NCBI GenBank assembly: GCA_965205975.1
Contig: OZ242195.1
Coordinates: 3,200,001 to 3,264,000, forward strand
Reading direction: 5' to 3'
DNA: 64,000 nucleotides
Source: Candidatus Latescibacterota bacterium
GTDB taxonomy: Bacteria; Latescibacterota; UBA2968
In this document: piece after piece, positions 9,700 through 18,451 of the stretch
How the letters are laid out: every line of letters begins with the position of its first letter
How positions within the stretch are numbered: the stretch's first letter is position 1
The notes under the pieces: model-generated
Database searches by the model: none
What the model was told of the DNA's origin: nothing
The model's input: the letters and a program-made list of their open reading frames with translations, nothing else
Program-made: the position numbers and the translations under genes

Positions 9700-10782
9700 A
9701 TGAAAATCACAGATATAAAAATGACAGTTGTAAAACAACGCCTGGAGAAACCATTCTGGAACTCGATTGTCACCACGCGTTCCAAGTCCCGCGCCAGATT
9801 GGAGATCTATACAAATGAGGGCCTCACAGGCCTGACCATGTGTTCGGGATCTGTGCGGACAAAGTTGAACACCTTAAAAGAAAAATTGATCGGCGAAGAC
9901 CCCATGCGGATCGCGTATTTGTGGGAAAAACTATTCATGGGCGGCACGCGCAAACCCATTGCCAAAGGCGAATACATCAACGCAATCAGCGCAGCCGACA
10001 ACGCGCTCTGGGACTTAAAGGGCAAAGCACTCAATCAACCCGTATGGAAGCTACTCGGCGGCGTACAAAACAAACTGTGGGCCTATGCCGCGGGGGGATA
10101 TTACGAAGAAGGCAAGGGAATACCAGAACTCTGCGAAGAAATGACAACATATCTAAGCCAGGGATTTCAAGCGGTAAAAATGAAAGTGGGATGGCCGGGC
10201 ATCACATTGAAAGAAGACGCAGAGCGGGTCCGCGCCGTACGCAAAGCCATAGGCGACGACATCGCCCTGATGATCGACGCGAACAATGCCTGGGACGCGC
10301 ATACCGCAATTCGATTCGGACGCATGATCGAACCCTATGATCCCTACTGGTATGAAGAACCTGTGCGCCCGGATGATCTCGAAGGCTCAGCACTGGTTGC
10401 CGAGGCACTGGATTACCCAGTCGCCAGTGGAGAAAACGAAGCCACGCGCTGGGGATTTCGCGACCTGATCGAACGCGGCGGTGTACGCATCGTCCAGGCC
10501 GATCCAAACAACTGCGGCGGAATCAGCGAATGGATGAAAATTGCGGCCATGGCCAGCGCGCATCACCTGCAAATGGCCCCGCATGGGCAGGGAGCCCTGG
10601 GCTGCGTCTTAGTCGCCGCAGTAGATAATGGACTGGTAGTGGAAAATTACCTGCGAAACTTCAGCACAGATATGGTAGGCGATTTAGAATTTAAAGACGG
10701 GCATGTCATTATGAACGACGCACCCGGCCTGGGCATTGAATGGAATGAAGACCTGATCGAAAAGCATGGCGAAAAGTATTAA
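9700..10782 (+). CDS. Mandelate racemase/muconate lactonizing enzyme family protein
   Basis: KMKVG, DAN, EEP, GE metal ligands, APH. Confidence 0.9.
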   Translation: MKITDIKMTVVKQRLEKPFWNSIVTTRSKSRARLEIYTNEGLTGLTMCSGSVRTKLNTLKEKLIGEDPMRIAYLWEKLFMGGTRKPIAKGEYINAISAADNALWDLKGKALNQPVWKLLGGVQNKLWAYAAGGYYEEGKGIPELCEEMTTYLSQGFQAVKMKVGWPGITLKEDAERVRAVRKAIGDDIALMIDANNAWDAHTAIRFGRMIEPYDPYWYEEPVRPDDLEGSALVAEALDYPVASGENEATRWGFRDLIERGGVRIVQADPNNCGGISEWMKIAAMASAHHLQMAPHGQGALGCVLVAAVDNGLVVENYLRNFSTDMVGDLEFKDGHVIMNDAPGLGIEWNEDLIEKHGEKY

Positions 10783-10798
10783 ATGCCCTGCTCCTCCA

Positions 10799-11899
10799 TC
10801 AATAATCCGACACCGCCCCATCCCGGAGCCTCGCATTCGGCCACTCGAATGGACGCGCTGGATTCTTACCCACCTCGATTGCACGCGCTTCATTGACCTC
10901 GACCCCCAGCCCGGGTCCCTCGGGCAACGACACATAACCTTCGTCATCCATTTCCCAGGTCTTAATCGCCACATCTTCGGGAAGCACACCCGCATACCCC
11001 TCGTGGATCAAAAACATCGGCACCGACGCCGCCACATGCAGGCTCGCCGTCAAACCCAGGTGGGACATCGTGCAATGCGGTGCAATGGGAACAAAATGCG
11101 CTTCGGCGAGTGCAGCCACCTTCTTCATCTGGGTAATCCCCCCACCGTGACCGCAATCCGGCTGAAGCACATCGATCACCTGCGCCTCCAAAATCTCCCG
11201 CACCTCCCAGATCGTGCGATCCCGCTCACCCGTCGCAAGGGGCACCGGCACCATCTCGCGAACCTTCTTCATATTCTCTATATTCCCCGGCACCCAAGCC
11301 TCTTCCAAAAACAGCAAATCATCGGACTTCAAATAGCCCGCAAACTGCCTGACCAAAGGTGGCGGCAAACAGCTATGTGCATCGAACATCACGGCACCAT
11401 CGTGCCCTACCTTCTCCCTCGCATCTTTAATCTTCTGAACAATTGCCTCAATCTCGGCAGGCGTACCCGCAAAATACTGGGCACCGCCCGGTCCCGTCTT
11501 TATCGCCTTTGGACTTGGATACATCCATATCTTATCCCGACACGGACCGCCCAACAGGCGATACACCGGAACCCCGTGCAGCTTGCCACAGATGTCCCAC
11601 AGTGCCATATCAATCGCGGAAATCGTGTGAACCATCAAACCGCCGTTGCGGATATTGCGATGTGCGCGGAACATCCGCTGCCAGAGATGCTCCGTACGCG
11701 TGGGATTCTCTCCAATAATCAACTCGGAAAGCGACTCTGCAAGCGCGCAAGTCACCTTTGTATCCATATTATTGATCTCACCCCAGCCCGTAATCCCGGC
11801 ATTCGTCTCGACCTTGACATATCCCTTCACGCCAATTGGTATCGCAGTCAACCCCGTAACGCGAATACTCGAAGCTCTGTCTTCGTGATCATTGCTCAT
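10799..11899 (-). CDS. Enolase-superfamily dehydratase (galactonate dehydratase-like)
   Basis: SAIDMALWDI, DAH, EE, ATGER, QPD, APH; start at ATG 11899 after AGGAGG. Confidence 0.85.
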   Translation of the reverse strand: MSNDHEDRASSIRVTGLTAIPIGVKGYVKVETNAGITGWGEINNMDTKVTCALAESLSELIIGENPTRTEHLWQRMFRAHRNIRNGGLMVHTISAIDMALWDICGKLHGVPVYRLLGGPCRDKIWMYPSPKAIKTGPGGAQYFAGTPAEIEAIVQKIKDAREKVGHDGAVMFDAHSCLPPPLVRQFAGYLKSDDLLFLEEAWVPGNIENMKKVREMVPVPLATGERDRTIWEVREILEAQVIDVLQPDCGHGGGITQMKKVAALAEAHFVPIAPHCTMSHLGLTASLHVAASVPMFLIHEGYAGVLPEDVAIKTWEMDDEGYVSLPEGPGLGVEVNEARAIEVGKNPARPFEWPNARLRDGAVSDY

Positions 11900-12056
11900 A
11901 AAGTCCTCCTGTGGATAGAATTTAACGCACATACATACTGCTCGAACAGCTTGACCAGACATAATTTAGCGTTTGATAAAAAATATGGTATCTTTATTTT
12001 ACCATGCCAATGATACGCGAGCAGAAAACACCAAACTTTATCCGAGAAACAATAAA

Positions 12057-13889
12057 ATGACCTGTGCAACACTGTCAGTAAAAACGCGCCAACGACCACC
12101 CGACTGGGCCATGCGCCAGCGCCAACTAATAGCGGTAATGGACCGCGCTGCCCAACCTTTTGTCGAACACAGCACCCGCCCGGACGGCACTCTCATCCAG
12201 CGCACGGTGTGGACGAGCATGGACGGCACGGACAACGGCTATGAGGCCTTCCTCTCCTTCCCCCTCTTCTACCTGCTGGGCGGCGGCGAGCACATCCATC
12301 GGATCGCCCGCAAAGAGTGGGACGCCATCACCTATCAGTACGCCAACTACGGCACAGTGGATCGGGAATTCGTCACAGGCTTCGACTGGTTCCACCACTC
12401 CGAGAGCTATACCTACATCTACTATCTGGCCCTGGCCGACCCCGAGAACCACATCGACCGCACCCGCGCCTTGCGCTACGCCGCCATGTACACTGGCGAG
12501 GATCCACTGGCATCCAACTGGGATGCCCAGCACTGCATGATCCGCTCGCCCCTCAACGGCAGCAAAGGACCGCGCTTTGTAACCACCCAGACCGATTGGG
12601 ACTACCACCGCCCCATTCTCTCCGGGTACCTCGCTCCGTATGAAGACATAGAGGGCGCTGACAGTTCTGACCCACTCTTCAAAGTCGATTGGACCGACGA
12701 CCGGGTCTTCGCCCGGGTACTCGACCAGATCAATCAGCGCATGACCCGCGGCGACGTACCCCTCAACCTGTGTGCCACCAGCCTGATCACCAACGCGTAC
12801 CTCTACACAGGCGAAGACAAGTACCGTCAGTGGGTACTGGATTATTTGCGAGCCTGGGCGGCTCGCTGCGCCGCCAATGATGGCATCATGCCCGACAATA
12901 TCGGTCCCAACGGCATCATCGGCGAGTTGATGGGCGGCAAGTGGTGGGGTGGGTACTACGGCTGGCGCTGGCCGCACGGAGCGCGCAATATCGTCGAGCC
13001 AGCCCTGGTGGCCGGCAGTTGCGCCCTGCTCATGACCGGCGACATGTCGCATCTGGACCTGGCCCGCTCACAACTCGATATGCTCTGGGAAAACCGACGC
13101 GAGGAGAACGGCCAGATCCAGGTGCCAGCACGGCACGGCGACCGCGGCTGGTTCGACTTCCGCCCGCCCGATCCCCATTTGTACATCCACCTGTATTACC
13201 TGAGCCAGAGCGCCGAGGACCTAGCCCGTCTCGATGAAGTCTTCCCGGGACGCGAGGGCTTTGCAGGCTTGCCACCCGACTGGGGCGCGGCCAAGGCTGG
13301 TATCTGCCCCCCAAAAGCCTGGTTCGCCTTTACCGAAGGCAAAAATCCCGACTACCTCAACCAGGTATTCGACTCGACCTACTCCAGCATCTGCCGCAGC
13401 CTGGAGCGTTTGGAAAGCGATGACAGCGACCCGGAAACGCGCGAATGCTACCACTTCCAGAAACTCAATCCAGTGCTGCCCGAAGCCCTCATTCAAATGG
13501 CCATGGGCACGCCAGCAGCCATGTACAACGGCGGCATGCTACAGGCCCACTTGCGCTATTTTGACCCACAACACCACCGCCCGGGACTGCCCGAACACGT
13601 CGCGGCTCTGGTTGATCGGGTCAGCGCCGATCAGGTCAGTGTATCGCTGGTAAATACCGATCCGGTGGAGAGCCGAGCCGTACTGCTCCAGGCCGGTTCC
13701 TTTGGCGAGCACTGCTTTACCCGTGCCCGCCTCGAAACCCGTGAAGACGATGACCAATCCGTCGAGGTGAACGGCAAATATCTTCGCGTACATCTGGGTC
13801 CAGGTGCTCAGGCACGCCTGCACCTAAGACTGAAGCGCTTTGCCTTCCAGCCCTCCTATGCCCTCCCACCTTTCGCAGACCTTTTCTGA
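12057..13889 (+). CDS. Hypothetical ~610-aa protein, possibly an (alpha/alpha)-toroid enzyme
   Basis: Long ORF rich in W/Y/D/H (DWFHHSE, WWGGYYGWRWPHG); no family recognised with certainty. Confidence 0.6.
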   Translation: MTCATLSVKTRQRPPDWAMRQRQLIAVMDRAAQPFVEHSTRPDGTLIQRTVWTSMDGTDNGYEAFLSFPLFYLLGGGEHIHRIARKEWDAITYQYANYGTVDREFVTGFDWFHHSESYTYIYYLALADPENHIDRTRALRYAAMYTGEDPLASNWDAQHCMIRSPLNGSKGPRFVTTQTDWDYHRPILSGYLAPYEDIEGADSSDPLFKVDWTDDRVFARVLDQINQRMTRGDVPLNLCATSLITNAYLYTGEDKYRQWVLDYLRAWAARCAANDGIMPDNIGPNGIIGELMGGKWWGGYYGWRWPHGARNIVEPALVAGSCALLMTGDMSHLDLARSQLDMLWENRREENGQIQVPARHGDRGWFDFRPPDPHLYIHLYYLSQSAEDLARLDEVFPGREGFAGLPPDWGAAKAGICPPKAWFAFTEGKNPDYLNQVFDSTYSSICRSLERLESDDSDPETRECYHFQKLNPVLPEALIQMAMGTPAAMYNGGMLQAHLRYFDPQHHRPGLPEHVAALVDRVSADQVSVSLVNTDPVESRAVLLQAGSFGEHCFTRARLETREDDDQSVEVNGKYLRVHLGPGAQARLHLRLKRFAFQPSYALPPFADLF

Positions 13890-13972
13890 GGAAAACAGCG
13901 AGACTGCGTCAGCACGCCGCGGAGCACCAGATAGCCCTGTAAATCGAACAAATATCTCTCTTCGTCAGTCAT
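13856..13972 (-). pseudogene. Truncated N-terminus of a PhyH-family dioxygenase
   Basis: RBS GAGGGG then MTDEERYLFDLQGYLVLRGVL, a typical PhyH start; similarity ends after ~22 codons near the end of the convergent gene. Confidence 0.65.
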
Positions 13973-13982
13973 ACAATTCCCC

Positions 13983-14816
13983 TCATTTATACTTCGCCCA
14001 ATTTTCTTCAATACGCGAAATATCCGTTCTACCACAAAAAACAAACAACCGATACTCACTCGCGGTCGTCTCTCCCTGTGTTAGCGTCCAGGGACCAGCA
14101 ATACAGCGGCTGGGCACAATGCCGAGTTGCCCGTCAACGCGCCAGGGATTGGGGTATTCGGGGTTGGTGGGATGATCCATCATCGCAATGCCTGCCCAGT
14201 CGGCGCGACCTTCGATAGGGATGGAAACAGAAACCCATTGTGCGCGTTGTCCTTCAGCGTCGCGATTGATCTGGCCCTCACTGTTGATGGCCTCGCCTCC
14301 AAGGTCTCTTTTAAAGGGCATACGAAGAAAGAGACCGCCATAGGCGTATTCGCCAAAAGTGAGATCAACTGAAGCGGTGAGAGACCATGTAATATCAATA
14401 TCGTACGTATCGCCCTGATCGGTGAAAGTCCATGCCTGTACTTCGGTGAGCATGGGCGCACCATTGGGATCTCGCCATTCGCTGGTAACAGTCCAGGTAG
14501 CAGTGTTATTATGCACACCTGCATTGCTAATCGGTTCGGGGTGAAAAGTCCCATCCTGATCTTTGCGCCGCTCCTGTAGTCCCTCTGTCCAGAACCCCAC
14601 CCCGTTGACCTCGTTGAGACCTACATAAAGACCGTGCTGCCAGGGATGGTGCGAGGGGGTGTCCTCGGTGAGAATACCATTGCCATCGGGCGCCACAATA
14701 GGATGAATATAGGCGCGAGTATCAGCTTTGGCGCGCTGAACGAGAATGGGATCTTTTTGTCCGCTGCGGAATATTTCAACGCGATCTGGTATTGCTCTTT
14801 GTTTGAGCTCAGTCAT
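13983..14816 (-). CDS. PmoA-like/DUF6807 family protein (not a methane monooxygenase)
   Basis: YIHP...HHPWQHGL...YGGLFLR...MMDHPTNP...W pattern. Confidence 0.7.
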   Translation of the reverse strand: MTELKQRAIPDRVEIFRSGQKDPILVQRAKADTRAYIHPIVAPDGNGILTEDTPSHHPWQHGLYVGLNEVNGVGFWTEGLQERRKDQDGTFHPEPISNAGVHNNTATWTVTSEWRDPNGAPMLTEVQAWTFTDQGDTYDIDITWSLTASVDLTFGEYAYGGLFLRMPFKRDLGGEAINSEGQINRDAEGQRAQWVSVSIPIEGRADWAGIAMMDHPTNPEYPNPWRVDGQLGIVPSRCIAGPWTLTQGETTASEYRLFVFCGRTDISRIEENWAKYK

Positions 14817-14859
14817 TATTCTCCTCGGATTCAATTCAGATTTTGGAAAACGCGAACTT

Positions 14860-15462
14860 CTATGGCCTTTCGGGCAAATCAACACCCGCAAACCCCGCCA
14901 TTTGCGCAACCATGCGATAGGTCAGCCCCCACAGCACGGGGCGATTGGCACCGAGCAACTCAATAGCCGGCATATTGCGCCAACCTTCGAGATTGAGCGT
15001 TTGCCACCGCGCGGAATCGACGAAATGTGCAAAAGGCGTCCAGAAAACATCGCGCACCTCGTCGTTGGGCGCAACCTCAACGCCTTCAGAAATCGCATAA
15101 ACAAAACAGGCCACCTGGATGGGCAGCGTCGCGCCCGCGACATCGTCCAGACGACCGAGATACTGCACGTTGCTCAGATCGAGACCGAGTTCCTCGCGGG
15201 TCTCGCGCTCAGCCGTGTATTTGAGATCGGGATCATCGGGTTCGGCCGTGCCACCGGGAAAGGCAATATGTCCCGACCATGGATCTTTGGGGTGTGCAGC
15301 ACGCTCGATAAAAAGAAGATAGAGATCATCCCGTCTCGGATGAAAAACCGCAGCAACAGCCGCCTGCGTCTTATTAGTCTCCGAACAAATACTGGGCTGA
15401 TACGCCGACAGAGATGTCACAATCCTTTGAAAGATATTCATAAGTTCCGCACCCGCCGTCAC
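14860..15462 (-). CDS. Nudix hydrolase, CoA pyrophosphatase type
   Basis: WSGHIAFPGG...TAERETREELG Nudix box, LWGLT. Confidence 0.88.
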   Translation of the reverse strand: MTAGAELMNIFQRIVTSLSAYQPSICSETNKTQAAVAAVFHPRRDDLYLLFIERAAHPKDPWSGHIAFPGGTAEPDDPDLKYTAERETREELGLDLSNVQYLGRLDDVAGATLPIQVACFVYAISEGVEVAPNDEVRDVFWTPFAHFVDSARWQTLNLEGWRNMPAIELLGANRPVLWGLTYRMVAQMAGFAGVDLPERP

Positions 15463-15974
15463 GTCAACTCACTCATCCGAAACAACGCGCGAAGTTCAAT
15501 ACCCTCTTTGGCGAGATTCTCTGTGCCACCGGACTCGCGGTCAATCACACATATCGCCTGTGAAACGCGCGCCCCCAGATTGCGAAGGTCCCGGGTGGAA
15601 AGAACAACTTGCCCGCCAGAAGTGACCACATCTTCAACAACCAGCAGATTCTTGCCAGATATATCAACACCCTCGGCGAGTTTACAAGTACCATAAGTCT
15701 TGGCCTCTTTTCGCACAAAACACGTGGGCAGCCCGGACAACTGAGAAAGCATAGTCGCAATCGGCACACCACCGAGTTCGAGACCCGCGAGAACATCTGT
15801 ATTGTCGGGAATCAAAGGCTGGAGATGCGCGGCGAGTTCGCATAGAAATTCGGGACGGGTTTCAAACTGATACTTATCGAAATACTCTGTCGCAATCGCA
15901 CCAGAGCGCAACGTAAACTGTCCGGTCAAATGAGAAGTCTGATAAATGCGATGCGCGAGTTCAGATCGGGTCAT
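15459..15974 (-). CDS. pyrE: Orotate phosphoribosyltransferase
   Basis: GQFTLRSG...YFDKY, RKEAKTYG, VVEDVVTSGG PRPP motif. Confidence 0.9.
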   Translation of the reverse strand: MTRSELAHRIYQTSHLTGQFTLRSGAIATEYFDKYQFETRPEFLCELAAHLQPLIPDNTDVLAGLELGGVPIATMLSQLSGLPTCFVRKEAKTYGTCKLAEGVDISGKNLLVVEDVVTSGGQVVLSTRDLRNLGARVSQAICVIDRESGGTENLAKEGIELRALFRMSELT

Positions 15975-16009
15975 CGTGGTCCCTCCAGTGTTCATTAAAA
16001 ATTAAAACA

Positions 16010-17506
16010 TTACGGCTCGATCAGCTTATAGAACTCTATCGCCCCATTGACAATGCGGTTGATAACCGCACTCTTGGTCGTATGTCGATTTTCGTCATAA
16101 TGCGAAATAACCGTTGCCCCACTGTAATCCCTCGTCGCTACAATCTCATCGCGAATCGCCATCGGTGTCAACTCCTTCGCCCGAAGCATCGCCAGAGCCA
16201 CCAATCTCAGGGCATCGTATCCCAGCGCACCACCCCCGTCTGGCGCAACGCCAAACATCGCCGTGTACGCATCAATAAAACGATGGGCGTCTTCGCTCAA
16301 ATCGCCCGGTGCAACTTTGGATGAGAAAAACGTACTGAAAAAACTCCCTTCAAGAATCTCACCACTCGTGGCAACCAAATCAGCGTTATCCCAACTATCG
16401 CCGCCGAGAAGAATCCCCGTAATGCCGAGTGCTTTTGCCTGTTGAACCACCAGTGGAATTTCGGATGAGAAACCCGGCAGAAAAAACACATCCGGTGCCG
16501 ATTCCGCAACCGGGGTCAATTGCGCGGTAAAATCGGTATCCCCCTGCATGTAAAACTGCGCGTGTACAACCTCGCCTCCATAAGCAGTAAAATTGTCAAC
16601 AAAAGTTTGCGCCAATCCCTCCGAATACAGAGACCCTTTGCGCGCGAGAACAGCCGCGGTCTTTGCCCCCAAATCCTCAATGGCAAACTGAGCCATCACC
16701 TTACCCTGAAAATCGTCGGTAAAAGCCGCCATAAACACAAAATCACCCGCAGCAGTAACCGTTGGATTGGTCGCCGTAGTAGTCACCATCGGTATCCCAT
16801 GGCTTTGTGCGACCGCTCCGGCAGCCACTGCAAAAATCGAGCGATTGGGACCCGCAATTGCCGACACCCCCTCTCTGGTAATCAATTCCTCGGCTATCTC
16901 TGCGGCGTGTTCGGGATCGCTTATATCTCCCCGCGACACAATTTCGATGGGCATACCACGCACACCACCCATCTCGTTCAATTGCATCGCCGCCAATTCA
17001 GCACCTCTCAGCGTATTGCTACGCGTTGGTGCAGTGTACATAAAACCGATCTTGACCGTAAGCAACGCCGAATGCGCGACACGCACCCGCCCACCAATGG
17101 GCAAATCGAGCATCACTTCATACCCGCCATTAATCGGAATACTCGACCATGAACCGATCTCTCGCCCATCTATCGACGCACGCGCTTGATAATAACCCGT
17201 CACATCGCCCGATGTAATCTCAACACGCGCCCGACCATTCTCATCTGTCACCCCCGACCACTGATAATCTGCCGCCTGCCCTGCAATAGAACGCGAAAAT
17301 TCCACCTTCGCCCAAATCACAGGTGCGCCATCTCGAAGCACAGTCGCCACCACCACAGCATGCGACGCACTCGTCTGCACAGCCAACTTACTCAGCGGAC
17401 GTCCAACCTGCTCCTCTCCCTCTACCATCTGCGACTGCATCACCTGCTCGCCGCCACAGCCCCACACCATCCCTATCGCCAACACACAAAAAAAACCTCG
17501 CAACAC
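16010..17506 (-). CDS. Lipoprotein: N-terminal Ig-like domain fused to LivJ/LivK-type periplasmic binding domain
   Basis: Lipobox VWGC; GAELAAMQLN...GG, DDFQG, DTDFTAQL, LGGDSWD, ALGYDA. Confidence 0.8.
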   Translation of the reverse strand: MLRGFFCVLAIGMVWGCGGEQVMQSQMVEGEEQVGRPLSKLAVQTSASHAVVVATVLRDGAPVIWAKVEFSRSIAGQAADYQWSGVTDENGRARVEITSGDVTGYYQARASIDGREIGSWSSIPINGGYEVMLDLPIGGRVRVAHSALLTVKIGFMYTAPTRSNTLRGAELAAMQLNEMGGVRGMPIEIVSRGDISDPEHAAEIAEELITREGVSAIAGPNRSIFAVAAGAVAQSHGIPMVTTTATNPTVTAAGDFVFMAAFTDDFQGKVMAQFAIEDLGAKTAAVLARKGSLYSEGLAQTFVDNFTAYGGEVVHAQFYMQGDTDFTAQLTPVAESAPDVFFLPGFSSEIPLVVQQAKALGITGILLGGDSWDNADLVATSGEILEGSFFSTFFSSKVAPGDLSEDAHRFIDAYTAMFGVAPDGGGALGYDALRLVALAMLRAKELTPMAIRDEIVATRDYSGATVISHYDENRHTTKSAVINRIVNGAIEFYKLIEP

Positions 17507-17523
17507 AAAAACCTCCTGACACC

Positions 17524-18360
17524 CTATGTCTCAAGCCGCGCCCACGCAGTCACATGCGGCGGCAAGAGAAGCGGGCGTTTCGATACCCTGATCTCTTCCC
17601 AAATCCGATCTGATAGTGTATCCACATCGACCTCTTCAGCAGTCGCAATTCCAAACTCCTCCATAAGCGGGACCAGACTGCGAAAGGCATTGGCAATAAA
17701 ATCGTACCCAGCCCACGATTCTGCGCCCCCCAATGGCGCTACAAAATGCAAAACAGGCGCAGATAAACCGGCATCCAAAAACGTGCGATGGAGATCCATG
17801 CCCATTTCAGTATGCGCCCCTGAATGTTGAAACACTGCAATTCCCCATTCAACCAGCTTGTTCATAAGCGGCGTATCTGAACGAGAAATCGATACATAAG
17901 GCGTAAAATCCACCTCCTGAAAGGCGACAATCCCCCCCGGGCGCAAGTGCCTTGTGAGTTGTTTCAACGCCTCTGCGGGATCAGACATATACATAAGAAC
18001 GAGACGCCCGACCACCGCATCGAAATCTCCCCCCACATCCAGGGTTCGGGCATCTCCCGCTATGAACTGGATATTTTCAAAGCCCAGTTTTCTCACCCTT
18101 GCCTGGGCCGTCTCGAGAATCGCCGCATTGACATCCACACCCACGACTTCCCCCTCTGCACCGACCAACTCGGCTGCCGCCATCGCAACATCTCCGGCAC
18201 CGCTCCCCACATCGAGAACCCGCATCCCGCTAACCAGACCCGCCTCCTGAAAAAAACGTCGCGTCACAGCCTCGTAGAGTTGTGACTGCTGAATCAAACG
18301 CTCCGTCTCCCCTTCACTGCGCCCCATCGTATATCTCGGATCGCTCTTCGAATCGCTCAT
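17524..18360 (-). CDS. Class I SAM-dependent methyltransferase
   Basis: VLDVGSGAGD, LRPGG. Confidence 0.9.
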   Translation of the reverse strand: MSDSKSDPRYTMGRSEGETERLIQQSQLYEAVTRRFFQEAGLVSGMRVLDVGSGAGDVAMAAAELVGAEGEVVGVDVNAAILETAQARVRKLGFENIQFIAGDARTLDVGGDFDAVVGRLVLMYMSDPAEALKQLTRHLRPGGIVAFQEVDFTPYVSISRSDTPLMNKLVEWGIAVFQHSGAHTEMGMDLHRTFLDAGLSAPVLHFVAPLGGAESWAGYDFIANAFRSLVPLMEEFGIATAEEVDVDTLSDRIWEEIRVSKRPLLLPPHVTAWARLET

Positions 18361-18451
18361 CTTACTTCACCCTCCTCAAAAAATTAAAAAAACACCATGA
18401 CAGCCACTCAATAATCAACTACATTTGCATTAAATATAAGGAGAAATATAC

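Noticed and set aside
13856..14059. 67-aa ORF as an intact small protein
   Set aside because: Only the ~22 residues after Met at 13972 look like real protein (PhyH start); treated as a remnant.
13983..14816. PmoA-like gene as evidence of methane oxidation
   Set aside because: Soluble beta-rich protein without transmembrane helices and without pmoB/pmoC; the family name is misleading.
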